Shown: piece by piece, positions 57,844 to 64,000 of the stretch
Layout of the letters: each line of letters starts with the position of its first letter
How positions within the stretch are numbered: position 1 is the first letter of the stretch
Assembly (NCBI GenBank): GCA_044376115.1
Contig: JBILLK010000006.1
Coordinates: forward strand, 128,001-192,000
DNA length: 64,000 bases
Reading direction: 5' to 3'
Source: Polyangiaceae bacterium
GTDB taxonomy: Bacteria > Myxococcota_A > Polyangia > Polyangiales > Polyangiaceae
Made by a program: the position numbers and the translations under genes
Notes under the pieces: generated by a model
Seen by the model: only the letters and a program-made list of their open reading frames with translations
Databases searched by the model: none
Told to the model about the DNA's origin: nothing

Positions 57844-59046
57844 CTATCCGACGAAGTAACGGCCAATCGCGAGCAGCATCAGCAGCGCTTGTGACATCAG
57901 CCCCAACATTGACCAAGCCGCCAGCAGGCGAAGATGTTCTGGTCGTCGACGGAAGAACTCTCCGGCGACGAGATAGATGGGCAACACGCACAGCGCATAA
58001 CGGTGAACGGAGACCACGTTGCCGTTGAGCGTGAACATGATGCACGCCGCCAGGCACATCGCGCCGAGCGGGATGAAGACGCCACGCAGCCGCAGCGCGA
58101 ACAGCCCCGTCAACGCAATCGTGACCAGGCTGAGCGCCGGAAGGGCTCCGGAGGTAAGCTGCTCGCGCGGCAGAGCGCAGCTCTCGTCCACTGCGATCAA
58201 GCAGCGGTAGGCGTCTCCCAGGCCTGTGCCGATGGTTTGGAAGATGTTCAGGTTGCGCTGGTGCCAGGGCCAATAGCCCTTCGCGTAGACCGTGAACATG
58301 TAGAAGAAGTCGTCGCGCTGCGACCGCATCCACAAGCCAAAGGCCACGAAACCGGCCGGCGTTGCGAACAGCCAGCGCGCCTCTCGATGTTTGAACGCGA
58401 GCCCAATCCGCCAGTCGTTGGCGCGCCAGAACTCGAGCGTGATCAGCCCCAAGAAAAGCAGGAACGGTAGTCGGGCAAGGCCGAGCAGCGCGATCAACAA
58501 GAACGCGTTGCGGAACTTGCGCTGCAGCGCGAATTCGTATGCCCAGAAGCCGATCGCCGCATACGTGGCCTCGGAGTAGAACAGGTGAAAGTAGTAGGCC
58601 GTCGGCGCCGTCATCATCATGATCAGCGGCCACAGCCGGGCCTGCGCTCCGAGGATGTGCTCGGCGATGCGCAGGAGCGCCATCATCGTGAGCCAGAGCA
58701 TCAGCGTATTGACCAACAGCCCGACCCAGAGCGCGCTGACCTGATTGAGCGTGAGCGCTCCGACCAACCGGACCAGCAACGGAAACAGCGGCCAGAATGC
58801 GCCAGACGCGTCCGACGAGCCCGGCCCATAAAAGAACTGCGTGATGTTGAGGTAGTGAACGGCATCCCAGATCGCCGTATGCGAAAGCAGGCTCACCTCG
58901 TAGCCAGGGGGGACGCGGCGGCTTAGCTCGGGCACCAACAGCGTCTGGATCGTCAGGCCGATCAAGGTCATCAGCGCTTGCCACACCACAGCCCCGAGCA
59001 GGGTCTGACCCCACAGCGAGTCGAGGAAGATCTTGAGTTTCTTCAT
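57844..59046 (-). CDS. GT-C membrane glycosyltransferase, PIG-V / mannosyltransferase 2-like
   Basis: WDAVHYLNI, AFWPLFPLL and YSEA motifs, many TMs, and a C-terminal RY motif. Confidence 0.75.
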   Translation of the reverse strand: MKKLKIFLDSLWGQTLLGAVVWQALMTLIGLTIQTLLVPELSRRVPPGYEVSLLSHTAIWDAVHYLNITQFFYGPGSSDASGAFWPLFPLLVRLVGALTLNQVSALWVGLLVNTLMLWLTMMALLRIAEHILGAQARLWPLIMMMTAPTAYYFHLFYSEATYAAIGFWAYEFALQRKFRNAFLLIALLGLARLPFLLFLGLITLEFWRANDWRIGLAFKHREARWLFATPAGFVAFGLWMRSQRDDFFYMFTVYAKGYWPWHQRNLNIFQTIGTGLGDAYRCLIAVDESCALPREQLTSGALPALSLVTIALTGLFALRLRGVFIPLGAMCLAACIMFTLNGNVVSVHRYALCVLPIYLVAGEFFRRRPEHLRLLAAWSMLGLMSQALLMLLAIGRYFVG

Positions 59047-59184
59047 GGTCAGCGCGCGCCGTCAGCAACGATAGGGGTCGCCGATGCTACACGCACCGAT
59101 GCTGCGCAATCGCCAAAGCATCGGCACTCCATCGGGTTGATGAAAGCGATTCAAGCAGAGAGGCGCTCAAGTACACTGGCCCGC

Positions 59185-59937
59185 ATGCATGGTGTAGAGC
59201 TGGTGCGCGCAGTGATTGAGCGGCTGGAGCAGTCGGGGATGGACTTCATCAACCATCCGAGCGCGCCGCAGCCGCTGCCAGCCGAGGTGTTGCGTGACCT
59301 TCGCCTGCCGAACGGTGAGCCGCTTTCTCCCTCGCTTGCGTGCTTTCTCGCCTTTGATGCGGGGTTCTTGAGCCTCCTGCGCGAGGACACTCCACCCACC
59401 TTCAAGGCCGCGAGCATCGGCGAATTGGCTCGCACTGTGTATGGGGATCATCCGTCCGCCGCGAAGTTCGCCGTGCTTGAAAAGACGCTGCCCGGCCTTT
59501 GCTTGCTGTTGCCGATGGGGAAGGAGTCCAAGCGCATTTTGTATTTGGGCCAGCCGGACTCGGTTGGTGAATTCCCGGTGTTGGTGCTCGATCCGGAGGA
59601 CCCGCCGTTCGTATGCGTCGAGTACCCGGGGATCGACGTTTTTCTAGCGGACCGCGCTCGCTTCCTACCGCAGCGTTCGCGCGAGTTCGGCGGTTTGGGC
59701 TCCGACGAAGTGTACGGGCCCCGCATGCAAGAGCACCGCGACAAGTTGTTCGGCGGCCTCCCTTCGCTGCGTTACGGGGACGACGGTTTTGCGCCGTTGA
59801 TCGAGTCGGATCTCGATGTTTCGGCTACGCGTATGCTCGGTCCGGGCGAGCCGATCCCCGAGGGCTATCGGCTCGTTGAAGAGGTCGAGAACCCGATGTT
59901 CGGTATGACGATGCGCTTGGTCGCGCCAATCAAGTGA
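59185..59937 (+). CDS. Hypothetical protein, possibly SUKH/SMI1-like fold
   Basis: Globular ORF with PLSPSL..FL.FD and GEFPVLVLD...YPG.DVFL segments; fold call is weak. Confidence 0.6.
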   Translation: MHGVELVRAVIERLEQSGMDFINHPSAPQPLPAEVLRDLRLPNGEPLSPSLACFLAFDAGFLSLLREDTPPTFKAASIGELARTVYGDHPSAAKFAVLEKTLPGLCLLLPMGKESKRILYLGQPDSVGEFPVLVLDPEDPPFVCVEYPGIDVFLADRARFLPQRSREFGGLGSDEVYGPRMQEHRDKLFGGLPSLRYGDDGFAPLIESDLDVSATRMLGPGEPIPEGYRLVEEVENPMFGMTMRLVAPIK

Positions 59938-59958
59938 CGGGCGAAGCAAGGGCGCGAA

Positions 59959-61113
59959 CTAACGTTCGAGCCCAATGAACGCGCCGGCGCAGGCCAGCGC
60001 AAAGGCGGGCGGGGCGACCGCCAGGCCGAACACGACTGCAACCGGTGTAGCCAGCCCGATCAGCACGAGAATCGCGAGGATGGCGATGCTCGAGGCCAAC
60101 GCAGGCTCGAGCACGCTGCGCGCCGCCGACGCCTTGGCTACCAAGAAGCCGGAGAGCGGAAAAGCCAGCAGCGTCGCAACGCCCAGCAGGATCAGCGGGG
60201 GCAGTGCGGTCTCAAACCGATCGCTGCTATCGATGGTCGAAAAATCGATCCCGCCACGTTGTCCCATCACGATGGAGGCGGCGATGGAACTCACGAGGAC
60301 CCCTGTCGTAACCAGCGCGCCGAAAGCGATCCACCGCAGGTGCAGAGGGCGCTCTGGCTTGCGCAGCAGCACCTGCTCCAACTCCTCGAGCGAGGGCGTG
60401 CGGAGGGGTAGGAATCGAGACAGGCGCTTCTTGGGCACCCGTTCGGAGAGTCGAAGCAGGTCGCGCCGAGCGATCAGCGAGGCGATCACCGACGAGACCA
60501 AGAGCGGTGCGACGGCGGAAAGCGCGAGCCGACCCCGTTCGAAAATCAGGTGACCCGCGATACCACCGAAGACCACCGCTAGCGTGAACGCCCTGGTGAA
60601 GGCACGTCCACCCAGCCTTCGTCTCCGCTCGCGGCCGATGGCGTACCCCCAGAGCACCGAAAGGCTCACGTGGCCAGCTACGTGAGCGAGCACCCCGAGC
60701 ACGAGCCACTCCGAAACGGCTACGCCTTGCGCTCGCAACGCAGCATCAAGCAGGGTGAAGCCAAGCGAAGCCCCGGCGCTGATTCGCATGGCGTCGTACG
60801 GGCGAGAAAGCCGCTTCGAGCGCAGCGGGATCACGACCGCTAACGCACGCGCGCTCTCCTCCAGGGGCGACCGCACCAGCAGTTCGAACGCCGTACTCAC
60901 GACGTCGGGTGCTCGTTCCGCGGCGATGCCCAGCTGAGACTCGGCGATCGCCAGGACCACACTGCTTACGACGCACAATCCGAAGCCGCTCAGAAACGCC
61001 ACGAGGCCTGGTGCGAACCAACGGAACTGACGCGCGCTCGTTCGCTCCCACACGGGAGCGAACAACGCGAGAGGCAGCACGAGCAGTGCCGTGGTCAAGA
61101 GACCGGGGTTCAC
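59959..61113 (-). CDS. PrsW-like intramembrane protease family protein with degenerate motifs
   Basis: Multi-TM protein with PLEESAR, GASLGFTLLD and H..GH....LWG segments. Confidence 0.6.
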   Translation of the reverse strand: MNPGLLTTALLVLPLALFAPVWERTSARQFRWFAPGLVAFLSGFGLCVVSSVVLAIAESQLGIAAERAPDVVSTAFELLVRSPLEESARALAVVIPLRSKRLSRPYDAMRISAGASLGFTLLDAALRAQGVAVSEWLVLGVLAHVAGHVSLSVLWGYAIGRERRRRLGGRAFTRAFTLAVVFGGIAGHLIFERGRLALSAVAPLLVSSVIASLIARRDLLRLSERVPKKRLSRFLPLRTPSLEELEQVLLRKPERPLHLRWIAFGALVTTGVLVSSIAASIVMGQRGGIDFSTIDSSDRFETALPPLILLGVATLLAFPLSGFLVAKASAARSVLEPALASSIAILAILVLIGLATPVAVVFGLAVAPPAFALACAGAFIGLER

Positions 61114-61131
61114 GCGCTTGCTCGGGCGGTC

Positions 61132-62025
61132 TCAGAAGTGCAGACCAATGGTTCCTTGCAATGCCAGCGCAGCGCCGTAGCCAGAGCCCTCGAGAGCGAG
61201 CGCTTGCTCTTGTGCCGCCGGGAGATCCCCGATGTCAGGGTCCGCTTGAATCTCGGCGATCTTGGCTGGATCGAGCTCGGGCCTGGTGAGGCCCATGAAG
61301 TCGAAGCTGGCGTGAAACCCCAGGGCGATAACGCTTGCCGGGTAGAAGTCGAGGCCGGCGCCTGCGCGCGCGTAGAAGCCGCGAATGTTGATCGCGTCGG
61401 CGACGACCCCGTCGAAGTTGCCCAGCGATGCGTAGCCAGCTCCGAGGTCGAAGCGAGGTTCGAAGATACCGAGCGGAATCTTGAAGCCTACTTCGCCTCC
61501 GATCGTGCCGACCTGCCAGGCGTCCAAGAACGCCATCCGCGCACGCGCGCCGAGCGTGAGAAAGACGATCTGTGCACCGATGCCCGCTGAAATGGCGCCA
61601 CCGCTGGCTTCGGTCTCCACCAGCCCGACCGCGAAGTTGGTCTCGTCCACGTTGAAGGTCTGCAGGCCGAGATGTTCAAATCCGCCCTGTGCCTCGAGCC
61701 AAAACCACGAAAGACCGCGGCCCGAGTCCTCGTCCTTGTCGTTGGGGGCCTCTTCAACCAGCGTGGCGCTGGGCGGCGATTGCGGCGTGCCGTTCGCGAG
61801 CGGGGCTGGGGGCTTCAGCCCTCCAGCCTGCATGTCACCCCACGGGCTGATCCCGGTGGCTGGCGGCGTGGTAGCGCCCGGCGTGGTCGGCGGGCTCGCC
61901 GGATCGACGGGCGGCGGCGGTTGTTGGCCGCTCGTTTGAGCGTTGGCGGAGTGGGTAAGGCAAAGCGTGAAGCCGAGCGCTACCCCTGCTGCGAGGTACC
62001 CTCGGAATCGAAGACGATTCCACAT
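61132..62025 (-). CDS. Secreted / outer-membrane beta-barrel-like protein
   Basis: Signal peptide, Pro-rich linker, alternating beta-strands and C-terminal GLHF. Confidence 0.65.
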   Translation of the reverse strand: MWNRLRFRGYLAAGVALGFTLCLTHSANAQTSGQQPPPPVDPASPPTTPGATTPPATGISPWGDMQAGGLKPPAPLANGTPQSPPSATLVEEAPNDKDEDSGRGLSWFWLEAQGGFEHLGLQTFNVDETNFAVGLVETEASGGAISAGIGAQIVFLTLGARARMAFLDAWQVGTIGGEVGFKIPLGIFEPRFDLGAGYASLGNFDGVVADAINIRGFYARAGAGLDFYPASVIALGFHASFDFMGLTRPELDPAKIAEIQADPDIGDLPAAQEQALALEGSGYGAALALQGTIGLHF

Positions 62026-62072
62026 GAAGCGTAGGCTAGTACATGTGAGGCTGAACGTCCGGAACTCCGCCC

Positions 62073-62780
62073 ATGTTGTTGTGTGCAATCTCCACGTCGT
62101 CTGCCGTTGCTTCTGTGGCTTTGTTCCGTGGTGAAACGCTGCTGGCCGCGCTCGAGTCGCCCGATCGAAAGCTCCATGCCGAGCGTCTTTTCTCGTTGAT
62201 CGACGGGGTTTTGGGTTCTGCAGGCATAGCCAAGGCAGAGCTCTCGGCGCTCGCCTGTGACGTCGGGCCGGGGTCCTTTACCGGGGTTCGGGTGGGGCTG
62301 GCTGCCGCCAGCGGAATCGTGCTTGGTCTTGGCATTCGGGCGATTGGCGTCGGTGCACTCTCGTCGCTGGGGCAGCTGGCGCTGACGGAGTGCGAAGCGG
62401 AGTCGGTGCTGGTGGCGGTCGATGCCCAAAAGGGCGAAGTGTTCTTCGAGCAGCTGACGCGCGTGAACGTCGTGCAGCGCGGTACGCTCGACCACGACGC
62501 TTATCGCGAGTTTGCGGCCGTCGAGCGAGGCAAGGGGACGCGGCTCGTCGGCAGCGTTCATGCCGAACTCGGCTTCTCCCCGGCGGACTTCGTGTCTCAC
62601 GCTCCGAACGCGGTCGCGATTGGACGCGTAGCGCTGCTCGCGAGCAAACGACCGATGCTGGGCGCGAGCACGAGTGAAGACCCCAGCGTCGCCTTCGAGC
62701 CGGTTTACGGCAGGGATGCCGACGCGACTCCACTTTCCGAGCAAACTGGCCCCTTCATTCGCCCGCGTGAGTCTGTTTGA
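62073..62780 (+). CDS. tsaB: tRNA t6A37 threonylcarbamoyltransferase complex subunit TsaB
   Basis: AISTSS, HAERL, GPGSFTGVRVG, DA.KGEVF and EPVY motifs. Confidence 0.9.
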   Translation: MLLCAISTSSAVASVALFRGETLLAALESPDRKLHAERLFSLIDGVLGSAGIAKAELSALACDVGPGSFTGVRVGLAAASGIVLGLGIRAIGVGALSSLGQLALTECEAESVLVAVDAQKGEVFFEQLTRVNVVQRGTLDHDAYREFAAVERGKGTRLVGSVHAELGFSPADFVSHAPNAVAIGRVALLASKRPMLGASTSEDPSVAFEPVYGRDADATPLSEQTGPFIRPRESV

Positions 62781-62827
62781 GACCGACGAGCTGAAGACTG
62801 GTAACCTTCGCCGGCACGAAATGACTC

Positions 62828-63727
62828 GTGTCGATTGGAAGCACCGAGGGGCCTTCGGCCGCTTTGTTTGACGAGCGGCTTGAGTCATCCTTGTCGCTTT
62901 ATCCGCCTTGGGCGGAATTGGGAGACCAGGTTTTGGAGAATCCAGAGCACGAATCCGAGGTAGGACCTACCTCTGGAGAACCGTTTGAGCCCGTGGATGA
63001 GCCTACAGCGGACGGCCACGACGGCTTCGCTGGCGGCGCTGAGCAGAGTGCTCAGTCCTCATCGCACGGAGAGCGGCTTCGCGCGCGTTTTGGACGTAGT
63101 TTCGAGGCGGGCGAGGTGGTCTTTCGCGAGGGGGAACCCGGGACCAACGCTTACCTGCTCGAGGAGGGCCGGGTCCGGCTGATCAAGCGGGTCCGCGGTG
63201 TGGAGCGCTCGCTGATGGTGCTCAAGCCCGGGGACCTCTTTGGTGAGTCGGCCTTGCTCGCGGGCGCGCAACGTTCTTCGACGGCGATCGCCGTGACGCC
63301 CGGCTTCGCGCTGAGCCTCGATCAGCAGACGTTGCAGAACCTGCTGGAAAGAAACCCTGTCGTTGCGTCGCGGCTGATCAAGCAGCTGGTGCGTCGGCTC
63401 CGGGATGCCGAGGATCAGATCGAGATCATGATGCTCTCCGACACCCAGTCGAAGGTCGTCAGCGCGCTCTTGAAGCTGGCACAGAATCACTTCGACGCAG
63501 CTGCACCAGGTCCGATCTCCTTCTCCATTACGCCGATGGAACTATCGACGCGGGTTGGCTTGGACGTCGACACCGTCAAACGGGTGGTTCAGGAGCTGCG
63601 CGACGGCCAATACTTGCGGGTGCTCGACGAGCGGCTGGAGGTTCCGGACCTCGATGCCTTGCGCCGGCTATTCGCGCTGCTTGGCGTGAAAGACGAGATC
63701 CGGGGCACCCCCGACGAATCGGCCTGA
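62828..63727 (+). CDS. Crp/Fnr family transcriptional regulator (start uncertain)
   Basis: cNMP-binding domain FREGEPG...GDLFGESALL...RSSTA; C-terminal HTH (ELSTRVGL...VKRVV). Confidence 0.88.
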   Translation: MSIGSTEGPSAALFDERLESSLSLYPPWAELGDQVLENPEHESEVGPTSGEPFEPVDEPTADGHDGFAGGAEQSAQSSSHGERLRARFGRSFEAGEVVFREGEPGTNAYLLEEGRVRLIKRVRGVERSLMVLKPGDLFGESALLAGAQRSSTAIAVTPGFALSLDQQTLQNLLERNPVVASRLIKQLVRRLRDAEDQIEIMMLSDTQSKVVSALLKLAQNHFDAAAPGPISFSITPMELSTRVGLDVDTVKRVVQELRDGQYLRVLDERLEVPDLDALRRLFALLGVKDEIRGTPDESA

Positions 63728-63822
63728 AGCGCTGCTGTTCCCGCATCTTCCCGAAAACGGCGGGGAGGTCGAAAAATTCATCGCAACAAACTTGGCCTCG
63801 TGCGGCGAGGTTGGGTAGGCGC

Positions 63823-64000
63823 ATGGCCATGCTGCCCGAAAGATCGATGGTTCTTACGCTCGTTGCCGGTGTGCTCGCCGCGGGCTGTATCGGTCCGGCC
63901 TCCGACATCCCCGATCCGAAGTCGCAGGCCGTTGCGGACGTCGCCTCCGACGAGTTCAAGAAGGGCCATTTGCGCGAGGCCCTCGCCAAAGTGAATGAGG
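63823..64000 (+). CDS. TPR lipoprotein N-terminus (Tgl/PilF pilotin-like), truncated by the window end
   Basis: Not in the ORF track. Reads MAMLPERSMVLTLVAGVLAAGC IGP...EFKKGHLREALAKV, with lipobox LAAGC then a TPR-like helix. Confidence 0.6.
   Translation, partial: MAMLPERSMVLTLVAGVLAAGCIGPASDIPDPKSQAVADVASDEFKKGHLREALAKVNE

Noticed and set aside
1..64000. tRNA, rRNA, integrase or prophage genes
   Set aside because: None were recognised by eye; nearly all the space is taken by protein-coding genes.

Overview
GC-rich bacterial chromosomal window. The gene content (Cys-rich and Ca-binding repeat surface proteins with a MYXO-CTERM-like tail, several Hanks-type Ser/Thr kinases, TPR/PEGA proteins, an AgmX/GltJ-like protein) points to Myxococcota, probably Polyangiaceae-like; this is inference. 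From 1 to 38 kb is accessory DNA. It holds repeat surface proteins and lipoproteins, a diguanylate cyclase, three kinases, an orphan flavin-dependent halogenase-like gene, a eukaryote-like MFE-2 (SDR-hydratase 2-3xSCP2) plus SCP2-type thiolase pair, a kinase/TPR/STAND signalling cluster, a DAACS transporter and two metallophosphoesterases. From 38.3 to 41.8 kb is a decayed patch: a WYL pseudogene with an in-frame stop, cut by an IS3-family end fragment that is fused directly to an N-terminally deleted hybrid histidine kinase. From 42.2 to 56.5 kb is the dcw cluster (mraZ rsmH ftsL ftsI murE mraY ftsW murG murC ftsQ ftsA ftsZ), which cleanly lacks murF, murD, murB and ddl. The window ends with dnaJ, a PIG-V-like glycosyltransferase, a degenerate PrsW-like protein, tsaB, a Crp/Fnr regulator and a truncated TPR lipoprotein. 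I saw no tRNA, rRNA or CRISPR array. I cannot show an unambiguously new system from sequence alone; the best candidates are ranked in the findings.
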